Source of the DNA: Candidatus Kapaibacterium sp.
GTDB taxonomy: Bacteria > Bacteroidota > Ignavibacteria > Kapaibacteriales > WFXC01
Assembly (NCBI GenBank): GCA_026996895.1
Contig: JALWJX010000040.1
Location: 1 to 57,591 of the forward strand
Direction: 5' to 3'
DNA length: 57,591 bases
Shown here: one piece after another, positions 10,237-21,500 of the stretch
How positions within the stretch are numbered: the first letter of the stretch is position 1
Layout: the number at the start of each line of letters is the position of its first letter
The notes under the pieces: generated by a model
Databases searched by the model: none
What the model was told of the DNA's origin: nothing
What the model saw: the letters and a program-made list of their open reading frames with translations, nothing else
Made by a program: the position numbers and the translations under genes

Positions 10237-10845
10237 ATGAACGCGAAAGCACAGATCCGCCAGCAAATGCTGCGCCGACGGGAGCAGATGGACGAAACAG
10301 AATATCAGCAGCGATGCAAAGCAATCCATCAGTGCGTCATCAGCCATCCAACGTTCCGCCGCGCAGCGTGGATCCACACCTATTGTTCATTCAACCGGGA
10401 AGTGGATACCTGGCGCATTATCCGCTCCGCCTTTGCAATGGGTAAACGGGTGATGGTGCCGGTTGTTCAGCAGTCCGAGCTCCGTCACATCGAAATTTTT
10501 CCAGACCAGCCTTTCCAGCCGGATGCGTTCGGCATTCCTGTTCCTCAATTTGACCATCCGCCGCAGTGGCTGGATGTAGCAGCCATTTTGCAACCCTCTG
10601 ATCTGGTGCTTGTCCCACTGCTGGCTTTCGATCCTGATCTTTATCGTCTGGGCTACGGCAAAGGCTACTACGACCGTTTTTTAGCCCGTGTTCGAGCAGT
10701 GAAAATGGGCATAGCCTTTGCCTTCCAGCGCCGGGAATCGCCACTTCCCAGAGAATCACACGATGTTCCGCTCGACCTCGTTGTGACAGATCAGGCAGTG
10801 TATACCAGACAACAGGAGCATCCATGCATCGGCGATCCTTTCTAA
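10237..10845 (+). CDS. ygfA: 5-formyltetrahydrofolate cyclo-ligase
   Basis: KAQIR, EVDT, LVPLLAFD, RLGYGKGYYDRFL, HDVPLD. Confidence 0.93.
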   Translation: MNAKAQIRQQMLRRREQMDETEYQQRCKAIHQCVISHPTFRRAAWIHTYCSFNREVDTWRIIRSAFAMGKRVMVPVVQQSELRHIEIFPDQPFQPDAFGIPVPQFDHPPQWLDVAAILQPSDLVLVPLLAFDPDLYRLGYGKGYYDRFLARVRAVKMGIAFAFQRRESPLPRESHDVPLDLVVTDQAVYTRQQEHPCIGDPF

Positions 10846-11705
10846 CGCTCTTGCTGGCAACAACTGTCCCGGTTGGCTTTGTGCGATCGCGATGGCTACA
10901 GCAGGAAGCCAACTTCTTTGAAGCCCCGGTGGAAACGCAGCAGCGATTTTATGAACTGCTGGACTTAGCCCGATGGAAAGGCTGGGACCAGCTTCCCATC
11001 GGTAGATGTATGGGCGAAGTTGGCAAAACCTTTCTGGGAACTCCCTATGTAGCCGGCACCCTGGAAGGACCGGGCGAAGTGTGCCGAATCAATTTGCACG
11101 GCGTGGATTGTGTCACCTTCTTTGAATACCTTCTGGGATTTGCCCGGACGCTGAAAAAAGGGAAAGCAAAATTCGAAGATTTTGCACGGGAACTGGTGTT
11201 CATCCGGTATCGAAACGGGCAACTGGGCGACTATACTTCCCGGCTGCACTATATGTCCGACTGGATTCTCGATAACGTCCGGAAAGGTGTGGTCAAAGAC
11301 ATTACCGCAGCGCTGGGTGGAAAACCCTACCACCCTACCGTATCCTTTATGTCGCGCCATCCCGACCGTTACCCTGCACTCAAGCAGCATCCAGAACTGG
11401 TGGCAAAGATGCAGCAGATTGAGCAACACCTTTCAAGTGCTCAACTCTTTTTCATCCCCCGATCCGATGTTGCCGCCATTGAGTCAAAGCTCCAGACCGG
11501 CGATATTCTCGCTTTCACTACCTCCATTCAGGGACTGGATTATGGCCACACCGGAATTGTCTATCGAGCAGACGGCGCTGCCTATCTACTGCACGCCTCC
11601 ACCGAAGCCCACAAGGTTTTTATGGATACGACTGTTGCGCGCTATCTGGCAAAGCGGGAAAAATTCACCGGTGTTACGGTAGTTCGCCCACTGGAACCGG
11701 TGTAA
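10824..11705 (+). CDS. DUF1460 NlpC/P60-like amidase with Tat signal
   Basis: MHRRSFL twin-arginine signal; FLGTPY, DCVTF (catalytic Cys), RLHY, HTG, LHAS. Confidence 0.85.
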   Translation: MHRRSFLTLLLATTVPVGFVRSRWLQQEANFFEAPVETQQRFYELLDLARWKGWDQLPIGRCMGEVGKTFLGTPYVAGTLEGPGEVCRINLHGVDCVTFFEYLLGFARTLKKGKAKFEDFARELVFIRYRNGQLGDYTSRLHYMSDWILDNVRKGVVKDITAALGGKPYHPTVSFMSRHPDRYPALKQHPELVAKMQQIEQHLSSAQLFFIPRSDVAAIESKLQTGDILAFTTSIQGLDYGHTGIVYRADGAAYLLHASTEAHKVFMDTTVARYLAKREKFTGVTVVRPLEPV

Positions 11706-11950
11706 TACTCAAAGTCCGGCTGCGCTGCCTCCCCACTTTTCGCTGTAAGCTGAACTTCTCCTCTCTGCTTCTATGTCCTGCTCTTCACAACCATACGACT
11801 GACTTCAGGATCAATCCGCACTGCGCCCTCACCTGCTCTGAACGGAGCTCAGCACTGCTGTTCTCGATTACCAATGCATTTTGCGGAGGACACAAAGGGA
11901 CATCTTGTTCGTCTCTGGAAATTTTATAACGGCACAAAGTCGGGTAAAAA

Positions 11951-12325
11951 ATGGCAAGCATTGAAACATTTCCGAATCCCAGACCCGGACGGCGGTACGT
12001 CATTACGCACGTCAATCCAGAATTTACCTCCGTTTGTCCAAAAACGGGGCTGCCAGATTTTGGAACCATCATCATCCGATACGTTCCGGACAAAGTGTGT
12101 CTGGAGTTGAAATCACTCAAGTACTACTTCCTGGAGTACCGGAACAAGGGCATCTTCTACGAAGCTGTAACGAACCAGATTCTGGACGATCTGGTAGCAG
12201 CGTGCGATCCGCTGGAAATGGAAATCATCTCCAAATGGCGGATCCGCGGCGGGATGTATTCGATCATCAAAGCAAGTTACAAACGAACTGCATCGGGCAA
12301 AGGCGATGAAAACCCGGATCGGTAA
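11951..12325 (+). CDS. queF: NADPH-dependent preQ0 reductase, unimodular
   Basis: [15 protein letters not shown] and ELKSLKYY QueF motifs. Confidence 0.95.
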   Translation: MASIETFPNPRPGRRYVITHVNPEFTSVCPKTGLPDFGTIIIRYVPDKVCLELKSLKYYFLEYRNKGIFYEAVTNQILDDLVAACDPLEMEIISKWRIRGGMYSIIKASYKRTASGKGDENPDR

Positions 12326-12764
12326 AACATTCCGATGGGAAATGGGACACCGGCTGCCGTACCACTCCGGCGGCTGTGAGAATATTCACGGCCATTCCTA
12401 CCGACTCTGGGTGGAAGTGATCGGCGAGCCGGACGAGCAGGGAATGGTGATCGACTACTACGAAATCAAAGCCATCGTACAACCGATCATTCGGCAACTG
12501 GATCATTCCTTTCTGTGCGATCGGTCTGATACGATTCTCTGTGAATTCTTCCAGCAGCACCCGCATTTCAAAGTCCAGTACGTTGACTTTCCAACGACAG
12601 CGGAGAACATCGCCCAGCACATTCTGTCGCTACTGCTGCCGCACTTTGAACAGTTTCCGAACATCGAGGAAGTGCGGGTACGGGTCGCAGAAACAGAGAC
12701 GACGTTTGCCGAAGTTTCTGCCCGACTTCCGAACAGAGTCAAACAAACACAGGATCAACAATGA
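12306..12764 (+). CDS. queD: 6-carboxytetrahydropterin synthase
   Basis: HRL...[26 protein letters not shown]. Confidence 0.92.
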   Translation: MKTRIGKTFRWEMGHRLPYHSGGCENIHGHSYRLWVEVIGEPDEQGMVIDYYEIKAIVQPIIRQLDHSFLCDRSDTILCEFFQQHPHFKVQYVDFPTTAENIAQHILSLLLPHFEQFPNIEEVRVRVAETETTFAEVSARLPNRVKQTQDQQ

Positions 12765-14251
12765 GTGTTCGCGTCCGCTTTGCTCCTTCGCCAACCGGAT
12801 ATCTCCACATTGGAGGCTTGCGCACAGCGCTGTACAACTTTCTGTTCGCACGCCACCACGGTGGCACGTTTGTCCTCCGGATTGAAGACACTGATAAAAC
12901 TCGATACGTGGAGGGATCGGTAGAAAACATCATCGAAATGCTCCACTGGTGTAGACTGGACTACGACGAAGGTCCAGGCAAAGGGGGTCCGTACGGACCA
13001 TACGTCCAGTCGGAGCGGACGGAAATCTACCGTCAATACGCCCGGGAACTGCTGGACAAAGGAGCAGCATACATCGCCTTCGATACGCCCGAAGAACTGG
13101 AGCGAATGCGACAACGGCAACAGCAGGCGGGTATCGTACCGAAGTATGATCGAACCACGATGCGCAACCAGTTTACGCTGGGTGAAGAGGAAACGCAACG
13201 CCTGCTTGCAGAAGGTGTACCGTATGTGATTCGACTGAAGGTGCCGCTGACCGGCGTCATCAAGTTCTCCGACATTGTTCGAGGTGAAATTTCCGTTCCC
13301 GCACGGGATGTGGACGACCAGATTCTGCTGAAATCCGACGGCTTTCCCACCTATCATCTGGCGAACGTCGTTGATGACCATTTGATGCACATTACGCACG
13401 TGATTCGCGGTGAAGAGTGGCTGCCCTCGATGCCGAAACATGTGCTGCTGTACGAAGCTTTTGGCTGGGAAAAGCCGCAATTTGCCCACCTACCACTGCT
13501 TCTGAACCCCGATCGCAGCAAGTTAAGTAAGCGGCACGGACACGTCGCAGTGGAGGATTTCAAAAAAGAAGGCTACTTCCCTGAAGCACTCATCAATTTT
13601 GTCGCTCTGCTGGGCTGGAATCCTACGGGAGAGCGAGAGATCTATTCGCTGCAAGAGCTGATCGAATTGTTCGACCTCAGAAAAGTTAACAAAGCCGGGG
13701 CAATTTTCGACATTCAGAAACTGCGATGGATTAACGCACACTATCTGCGTCACAAAGATCCGAAAGAGTTAGCCCGACAGCTTCAGCAATACGTGCAGGA
13801 ACGTAATCTTGGCGATTTTTCGCTGGAGTATCTGGAAAAAGTTGTCATCCTGCTGCGCGAACGGGTGGATCTGTTGCCGGAAATCCTCACCTTTGGCGAT
13901 TATCTGTTCCATCCGCCAACCCACTTTGAGCAGGAGTACTTTGCCAGAGTGTGGTCGGAGGATATTGAAGCGTTGATCCCTGCATTGCTGACGCTGCTGC
14001 GGCAAATTGAACCGTGGGAACACACGGTCATCTGGGAACAACTGAAGGGATTTGCCAAACAGCAGGGAATCAAGATCGGCAAAGTGATGAACGCTCTGCG
14101 GCTGATGCTCACGGGCAAATCCGTGGGCGCCGGAATGACCGAAACGATGGAAGTGCTCGGCAAAGAGGAGACACTTCGTCGCATAGAGCAGTTTGTCACG
14201 CAGCATCTACCGGCGTTACGACAACAAATGGCGGAAAATGCTTCGGAATAA
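12761..14251 (+). CDS. gltX: Glutamate--tRNA ligase
   Basis: RFAPSPTGYLHIGG, LRIEDTD, HVIRGEEW, KLSKR; includes the C-terminal anticodon domain, so not GluQ. Confidence 0.97.
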   Translation: MSVRVRFAPSPTGYLHIGGLRTALYNFLFARHHGGTFVLRIEDTDKTRYVEGSVENIIEMLHWCRLDYDEGPGKGGPYGPYVQSERTEIYRQYARELLDKGAAYIAFDTPEELERMRQRQQQAGIVPKYDRTTMRNQFTLGEEETQRLLAEGVPYVIRLKVPLTGVIKFSDIVRGEISVPARDVDDQILLKSDGFPTYHLANVVDDHLMHITHVIRGEEWLPSMPKHVLLYEAFGWEKPQFAHLPLLLNPDRSKLSKRHGHVAVEDFKKEGYFPEALINFVALLGWNPTGEREIYSLQELIELFDLRKVNKAGAIFDIQKLRWINAHYLRHKDPKELARQLQQYVQERNLGDFSLEYLEKVVILLRERVDLLPEILTFGDYLFHPPTHFEQEYFARVWSEDIEALIPALLTLLRQIEPWEHTVIWEQLKGFAKQQGIKIGKVMNALRLMLTGKSVGAGMTETMEVLGKEETLRRIEQFVTQHLPALRQQMAENASE

Positions 14252-14717
14252 ATGGGTAGCGCTCCTGCTGGGTGCTTTCTGGGGATTTCTTGCCACCGGC
14301 TGCCATACTTCTTCCTGCCTCAAGCAGTTCTCTTCACCAACCGTACTCCGCTGGGGAATGGTGGATTCAGCCGGGGTGTTGCGCGGATACCAGATCAGCC
14401 AGACCGGAACGCTGGATTCCATTATCCGAACAACGCCGACCCAGGATCCTGCGGTCGTTCGCTCGCTTGGTAGCATACCAGCCGACACGATCTGTGCCCT
14501 GCTGCTCCACACACGCCAGTTGTTCCTGCGCAATCGCCCACTGTTCGTCCGCATTGCACCATTATCTGCCTACGTGGAGCTGGTATCCTCTGCTGGAACC
14601 GCCGGTCGACCTACCCGACTGTTTGCGCTGTGGGATCCCCGATTTGAAAATGCCGGGAACCGTGCATTCCGAATGCTATACCAGCGGCTGATGCGGGTGC
14701 GCTCACTGGCACGCTGA
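14238..14717 (+). CDS. Hypothetical lipoprotein
   Basis: MLRNKWVALLLGAFWGFLATGC lipobox; overlaps gltX stop. Confidence 0.7.
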   Translation: MLRNKWVALLLGAFWGFLATGCHTSSCLKQFSSPTVLRWGMVDSAGVLRGYQISQTGTLDSIIRTTPTQDPAVVRSLGSIPADTICALLLHTRQLFLRNRPLFVRIAPLSAYVELVSSAGTAGRPTRLFALWDPRFENAGNRAFRMLYQRLMRVRSLAR

Positions 14718-14807
14718 GGCGTGCACCTATCGACTACAGAACCAAGAAAGCAACGCCCAAGCAGCTTTACAGAGCACTGAGTTGCAACTTATCGCCCACA
14801 GAAGTCG

Positions 14808-14815
14808 TAATTTTG
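14808..14815 (+). promoter_or_regulatory. Bacteroidota-type -7 promoter box
   Basis: TAATTTTG (TAnnTTTG) about 40 nt upstream of the TlpA start. Confidence 0.5.
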
Positions 14816-14853
14816 CGCCCTGCGAAAGTTCGGCAAATAAAAGGGACGCAAAG

Positions 14854-16467
14854 ATGAAACGGTGGACGCTCCTGCTGTTTGGCATCCTGTTGTCTTCTGG
14901 CTTTGCTCAGCAACTGCATTTCCGAATTATGGGATACGATGGTCAACCGCCGGCACGTGCTGATATTCTGATTTTCGGATGGTTCAACGATACCGCCGCC
15001 GTTGCAACGACGACGACCGGTGTAGCAAAGGTTCAGCTCCCAGCACCGGGAAACTATATGGTTGTTGTCGCTGGCACCTATCACTTAGCGCACTTCTTTC
15101 CAGCACTCTTCCTGCCCGATGGAAAGTATTCGATTGTTGTCCGGCTCCGCCCTCTGCAGCCGTCGGGGACAGCACCCAGAATTGCAGTGGTCGCACCAGA
15201 CAGGAATATCTTTCGCGACAACGCTCCTCTGCATCGCATCGGAAAACAAACATTTCAGGCAACGCTTCCGGTAACGGATGGGATCGTTCAATACCAGATT
15301 GTGGATACCGTTGACGGATCGCTCCGGAGTTTCAACGGAACACAAAGCGATGCCTACGAATTCGACGGGTCGGATTACATCTCGGTGCTGCGTGCTCCGG
15401 GAAAAGACTCGGTCACTGTAACTGTAGATTTTTCAAAATTTCCCACAGGAACGTTTGAAGCGAAGCACGAAATCACGCTTGAGAATCTGCCCGAAGTCGA
15501 TGCCGTGGTGAAAAGCTGCCAGCGGTTCTACGATTCCATTCTGCAGCGACGGCGTACCGAGGAGGTCACCGTATCGTGCGAAGCTTTCCGAGAACAGTGT
15601 ATGCAAAAGGGAATGCAACGACACAAAGCTGCCTCGCTCATTACCTTTGCCTACAGTATGCTGCTGGACGCAATGGACGTGTGGGAAAACCAGCGCTGCT
15701 TTGATGCGCCCGGTATGCTCCGGAAATTGATCCGCACACTACCGCCTTCCCACTGGCTCTGGGGGGTAGATCAATCCCTTCTGGATGCGTGCGTCAACTA
15801 CGCTGATTCTGTTCCGGCGCTGCGTTCCTACCTCCCGCTGGTTGCGCTCTCCCACCCGCGGCGCGACGTGCAGGCGATGGCGATGGTTGCGCTGATCAAA
15901 GACGCCTATATGCACCGCCGCTTTGCTGTCGCCCGTGACCTTATTGCTGCACTCCGGAATCAGTACGGAAAGAGCGAGTCAGCATACCTCCAGTTTCTTA
16001 CCGACCGTTACGATCCGGATAATCCCGTTGCTATCGGCAAGCGCGTCCCGTTTTTCCGCCTCCGGGATCTGGATGATTCTTCCACGATCTATATGCCGCA
16101 AACGCTGAAAGGAAAGTATGTCCTGATCGATTTCTGGGCAACCTGGTGTGGTCCGTGCATTGCGGAGCTTCCGTACCTCCACAAAGCGTACGAAACGTTC
16201 AAGGACAAAAACTTCACCATTTTGAGCATTTCCTTCGACGCCAGACCAGACATCGTGCGACGGTTCCGCCAATCCCCGAAGCATCCAATGCCGTGGCATC
16301 ACGCTTTTGCTTATGGCGGCTTTCGCAGCAAAGTGGCGAGAGACTTTCGCGTACGCGGCATTCCCAAGCCGATCTTAATCGATCCTGACGGAACCATTAT
16401 CGCTCTCGAAGGCGAGCTGCGGGGGCGAAGACTGCTCCGCACACTGCAAAAGCACCTATCACCGTAG
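14854..16467 (+). CDS. Exported TlpA-family thiol:disulfide oxidoreductase with long N-terminal extension
   Basis: Signal peptide MKRWTLLLFGILLSSGFA; C-terminal DFWATWCGPC and GIP cis-Pro loop. Confidence 0.88.
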   Translation: MKRWTLLLFGILLSSGFAQQLHFRIMGYDGQPPARADILIFGWFNDTAAVATTTTGVAKVQLPAPGNYMVVVAGTYHLAHFFPALFLPDGKYSIVVRLRPLQPSGTAPRIAVVAPDRNIFRDNAPLHRIGKQTFQATLPVTDGIVQYQIVDTVDGSLRSFNGTQSDAYEFDGSDYISVLRAPGKDSVTVTVDFSKFPTGTFEAKHEITLENLPEVDAVVKSCQRFYDSILQRRRTEEVTVSCEAFREQCMQKGMQRHKAASLITFAYSMLLDAMDVWENQRCFDAPGMLRKLIRTLPPSHWLWGVDQSLLDACVNYADSVPALRSYLPLVALSHPRRDVQAMAMVALIKDAYMHRRFAVARDLIAALRNQYGKSESAYLQFLTDRYDPDNPVAIGKRVPFFRLRDLDDSSTIYMPQTLKGKYVLIDFWATWCGPCIAELPYLHKAYETFKDKNFTILSISFDARPDIVRRFRQSPKHPMPWHHAFAYGGFRSKVARDFRVRGIPKPILIDPDGTIIALEGELRGRRLLRTLQKHLSP

Positions 16468-16473
16468 ACTGTT

Positions 16474-18504
16474 CTATGGCGTGCTGATTGGAGTCGCGAT
16501 GATAATGCGAACCGTTCGACAGTAGTTGCGCCCTTCAGGAAGATCGTTATCGTACAGCAGTTTGTCGCTTCCCACTGCCCGAATGTGAATCTGATCTTCC
16601 CGCACGGTCGGCTGCAAATACTGCTGAACACTGAGACACCGCTGCTTTGCCAGTTGGCGGTTGTATTCCGGCGTTCCCGTTCGATCCGCATATCCCTCGA
16701 TGTACACCTGCGAATTGGGCTCTACCCGGCTTTTGACAATATCCAGAATCCGATGGTGTATGGGCTTTAAGTCGGCTTTGTCATAATCAAACAGGATGAG
16801 CGAGAAGTATTCGTAGCGAATGTCGTTCTTGATCTGATACCGCTTCCGCTTGAGCGTTAGCAATTCAACTGGAATCACCGCCTGAGCAACGGATTGATTC
16901 CCCTGCACATCCTGCGCTGCCAGGTTCACTGTCACCCGGTCTGTTCTTTTGCGCTGCAAAGCAGCAAAAAAGGTTTCAGGTAAGTGCCACGGTAAGGTGT
17001 CTGGCGGTGCCACCGTTCCACTAAAGTGTGCGTAAGCGGTATCTTCCGTTTGAACGGTAATCTCCCACCCTTCGAGTGGTAAAGTCGCCTGCACCTTCGG
17101 GAGAATTTCCACAATGGATGGCGTCGTTTTCCGCTGGATTGATTGCAGATAGACAGGCTGAAGAATCTCGTATCGATTGGAAGATAATTCCACCCGCCGG
17201 TTTTCTTCCCGACCCTCTGGCCGATCGTTATTTGCCGGCTTCACTGGAAGGTTACGATAACGGACAATCAGGCGGTTGCTATCAATGTTCCACACGCGAA
17301 GGAAGTAATCCCGCACTGCCTCCGCTCGCCGTCGGGAAAGCTCCAGATTGCCCTTTTCTACCCCCAGGTTGTTGTTGCATCCGGTGATGGTTAACACCGC
17401 ATCCGGATATTGCTGCATTCGTGCCCCCACAATGTTGAGCAGATGATAGTAGATTTCCAGCGTTTGCGGCGGCAATTGTTGTTCGTCAAACTGCTGCGTT
17501 TGCTCCGGCGTCAGGAAATGCATCCGGCTTTTCGACAGATCCGCGCTCCCTTCCTCAAAAAACACATACGGCAACAGCGGGTAATACTCCCCGCGTTCAA
17601 TTTCTTCAACCAGAATCTTGACATTGCGGTCGCGATGTCCATCTTCGTAAACCGCAACGGCATCGACTGCGGTACTGAGCATTGCCGGCGGCGTGGGGGG
17701 AGGCGCTGGCGCCTTCGGTGTTGCTGGTGGCGTATGGACTTTTTCAAACGGGAAGAGCACCACCAATTCCAGTCGGACAGCATCGGGGGTCCATTTATAT
17801 CCCTCCAGAATGCTGGTCAACCCGTAATAATAGCTTAAGGTTGGCTGGAAAAAGAGTTGCTGGGAACCGAAGGAAAGATCAAGGGTATAATGGAAACCGG
17901 AAGCGATGGAGAAGTAATACGGGGTTTTCTGGGGAATCTCCCCAGAAGATTCATTCCGCACCGCTTTGCCAACATCGGCATAGACGGCGGTTTTCGGTTC
18001 CAATAACACTTCTCGCTGGGAATAAAAGGACCGCAGGTACCACCCGCCGTTGAGTCCCAGATCCAGAAAGAGCGGAACATCTTCGATCAACTGGTAACTG
18101 AACCGCAGGTCTGTGCTCAGCATCGGTAGACTGGCACTGAGCTCATATTGCGACACTGCTGGTACCACAACGCCATTACTGATGGCATTTCCGATCACCT
18201 CACGTTCGAAGAGCGTTGCAGTGTTATTCACATAGCCCACTCTCCACTGCGTCAGCAGATCTGGCAACAGCATATACTCCAAAACCGCACCAACGGCGGG
18301 ACTCATTCCATAGCCCCCCTGAAATCCCGGACAGCAGTTTGGGACCCCAGGTAACTGTGTAAACTGTGCCCAGTGGAAATTGGTCTGGAAACCAACGTAT
18401 CCGCCAATTTTGTACGGCAAAACCTCTATTATCGGAGACTGCCCAACAGCGACTGTACTCAGCACTACTACCAACACGCCAATGTTCACCCCAATGTTTT
18501 TCAT
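16474..18504 (-). CDS. OmpA-family protein: N-terminal beta-barrel plus two OmpA-C peptidoglycan-binding domains
   Basis: Signal peptide, amphipathic strands, Pro-rich linker, two OmpA-C motifs (NLELSRRRAEAV...ENRRVE; GYADRTG...NRQLAKQR...RTVRI). Confidence 0.88.
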   Translation of the reverse strand: MKNIGVNIGVLVVVLSTVAVGQSPIIEVLPYKIGGYVGFQTNFHWAQFTQLPGVPNCCPGFQGGYGMSPAVGAVLEYMLLPDLLTQWRVGYVNNTATLFEREVIGNAISNGVVVPAVSQYELSASLPMLSTDLRFSYQLIEDVPLFLDLGLNGGWYLRSFYSQREVLLEPKTAVYADVGKAVRNESSGEIPQKTPYYFSIASGFHYTLDLSFGSQQLFFQPTLSYYYGLTSILEGYKWTPDAVRLELVVLFPFEKVHTPPATPKAPAPPPTPPAMLSTAVDAVAVYEDGHRDRNVKILVEEIERGEYYPLLPYVFFEEGSADLSKSRMHFLTPEQTQQFDEQQLPPQTLEIYYHLLNIVGARMQQYPDAVLTITGCNNNLGVEKGNLELSRRRAEAVRDYFLRVWNIDSNRLIVRYRNLPVKPANNDRPEGREENRRVELSSNRYEILQPVYLQSIQRKTTPSIVEILPKVQATLPLEGWEITVQTEDTAYAHFSGTVAPPDTLPWHLPETFFAALQRKRTDRVTVNLAAQDVQGNQSVAQAVIPVELLTLKRKRYQIKNDIRYEYFSLILFDYDKADLKPIHHRILDIVKSRVEPNSQVYIEGYADRTGTPEYNRQLAKQRCLSVQQYLQPTVREDQIHIRAVGSDKLLYDNDLPEGRNYCRTVRIIIATPISTP

Positions 18505-18519
18505 TGGCTTTGCCCTCCC

Positions 18520-21500
18520 TTATCGCACAATAAGCAGAGTTGTGACTGCTTCCCGCGCCGGCGAACGGAACCGCAGAAAGTAAGTTCCAGAACTCAATAT
18601 CGGCGGCAACTGGATCTGGAGCTGCGCTGCTCTTCCCGGTTCTGCTTCTGGAATATCCTCAGCGGCAAATCGCTGTTCAAACACTACTTCGCCGCGCGGC
18701 GTAACCACCTGGAACACACTGGCGGCTTTCTCCACAGCGTAAATCGTTACCCTGACAGCCTGTGCACTGCTGGGATTAGGCGACACATTGATTCCAAACA
18801 GATCTTTGAAATCCAGCAGCCGCTTACCGCCCTGAGTACAAATGTTGGTCAGGAGCATCTCGCCGTTGCGTGGCTGCACCAGCACTGCTGGATCGCCCCA
18901 TTGATAGGCTGTAAAGAGCATTTGTACTGAATCCGCCGGTCCCAGAAGAATATCTCCTACAAGCTCGCACACCACAAGAGAGTCGCTGTCGAGAGCCTCA
19001 AAAGTTTTGGTGATGGTCGCCTCTGCCTGCCCATCCGGTTGAACTTCAAAATTCTGGACGGTTGCACCCACAACATTCTGCAAATGGAACAACCGCGCAT
19101 CCCACCGAACAGTAGCGGTAAAGGTTACCGGTGCCACCATCTGGAAGATGCGCTGATCCTGCTGCGTCGACAGTAATGCCACCGGAATCCGTACTCCCCG
19201 ATCCTTCGGCTCTACCTCAATCCGCTGGGGTAGGGCGATGATGGTATGCGAAGCAACGCCGACACCCGAAATAGAAACTTCCACCGGATCTCCCGAACTG
19301 GGAATGATACGGAGCGTCCCCTGGTAGGGCTGCTCCGCTGTTGGGACAAAGGAAATAGGAATACTCAGCTCTGATTTAGGTGGAAGTGTAAAAGTAGAAG
19401 CGACGGTGGAATCCAGCGCAAATACGCTCTGCGGATTGGCACTCCAGGAGAGTTCGGTGATCGTCACCGCCACTGATCCCGTATTGGCGATGACAATGGA
19501 ATCAACCCTTGAGTGAAAGATAGGCACTTGGCCAAAATCGATGCCGGTCGCCTGCAAACCCGGCGCAATGCCGCGTCCCCGAACCGTAATGTACGCCTCC
19601 AGCACCTGAATCGAGGGTGGAGGATCCTTCAGGGTCGTATAGCCCGTATCCAGGGTTACCCGAATTACTCCTTCATACTGCTGCTCCGCCTGCGGCGTAA
19701 AACGCACCCAGACTGCCTGCTGCTGGTCCGGTGCAACATCCGTTCCCTGCGGATTGCTCAGCAACTGGAACACTCCATCGGGATTCTGTACCCATTCCAT
19801 CTGAAGAATTCGAAGGCTGAGCCTCCCCGTATTGCGCACACACACGGTGTCATCCCTGGAGTCTCCAACCAGTACGACACCGAAATCCCGGTCGCATACC
19901 GCAACGCCAATATTGGGACGCTGTCCAACCGTTCCCTGAAGCGCGATGGAAACAGCAAGATCACAGGGATCGGACGAGCGGACAATCAACGTATCCTCAA
20001 AAGTGCCACTCTGATTGCCATCCAATGCTACCGTAATCCACAATGTGTCACCGGGTTCAACGGTTACCGGTAAAGCTGGACTTACAATGGTAAACGGAGG
20101 CTGCAAACCGGCGAATTCAGAGACTTCCAGAGAAACACCGCCGGTATTTACTACTGCCACTTCTGCCGTAGCGGTATTGCCAAAGTCGACTGTGCCAAAG
20201 TCTACCACCGTTAGCGCCGCCTGCAACTGGGCATCAACCGCATCGCCAACCAGCAGAATACGCTTTTCCACATCACAGGGTGAAAGCCGAATCACGAGCT
20301 CGCCCGTATAGTGTCCGGGCGCCGTTGCGTGGAAGGTAATGGTAAATGGCAAAGAATCACCTGCAGCGATAGTTGTGCCCGGCTGTAATGACGTGGCAAA
20401 CGGCGGAGTGATCGATACGTCGGTAATCGTCCCGGAGATCGCGCCGCCGCTGAGATTGTGCAGATTTACCGTTTCGGTTGCTAAGGTATCCGCACACAAT
20501 ACGAGCGTTTCAAATTCCACCGTATCTGGAGCAACGAACAGCACTCCTTCCTTATTCCCTTCTACCGGTATCGTAATCACACCATTGCACGGTTCGTAGC
20601 TGAGCTGCACAGTTCCCTGAAAATGTCCACTTCCCGATGGAGAAAACCGAATGGTGACTGCCAACTGCTCTCCTGGTGCAACCTGTCCGCTGCCAGACAT
20701 CACCGGCTGGAATGCCGGGTCAGAGCTGGAAATTCCCGTAATGGAGATAGGCGTCTCACCCTGATTTTCAATAAAGATCACCGTATCCCGCGCTTCCTCG
20801 CATCCCAGAATCGTGCCAAAATCAATAGCATCCAGCGATGCCTGCACCGCCACAGATGTTACCGTTCCACGCAATGTCAGTTGCAATTCGGCATCGCAAT
20901 TCGCACTGCGGAAGCCAATGGGAACGTTAGCGGCATACCTGCCTGCCTGCGTCGGCGCATATCGGAATACCAGGGCAATACTGTCATAAGCTGGCACCGT
21001 AACCGGTAACGAAGCCGGTGACACCAGACTGAAAGGTGTCGGCACCGTAATGGATGTGATCTGTAACGGCTCTGATCCAGAATTCCGGAGAATCACAGTA
21101 GTGTCCATCGTCTGCAACTCACATTCCGGCATCGGAGGGAATTCAACAGCGGAATGACTCAATGCAACCGTAATTTCTGTTTTCTCCCCTGACAACTCAA
21201 GAGTGTCGCGAAACTCACAGGGCTCGAATCGCAGATACACCGGTGCCGTATGAGTTCCAACTGTCTGTGGACTATACCGAAAATGGAGCGTCACACTTTG
21301 TCCTGCAGGGATCGAAATGGGCAATGCGGGAGCAGTGTAAGAAAAATGCGGCGATGGAACTTCAACTGCCGTCAACGTTACCGCTGACTGTCCAGAGTTG
21401 GTCACAACGACTGTTGTGTCAGCCGATGGGCTGCATCCACCCAGAGCACCAAAGTCTAATGCATCCACAGAAGTTGTAATCTGTGGCTGAGGGATAACTG

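Noticed and set aside
11706-11950. preQ1 riboswitch upstream of queF
   Set aside because: No preQ1-I stem-loop with an A-rich tail could be found
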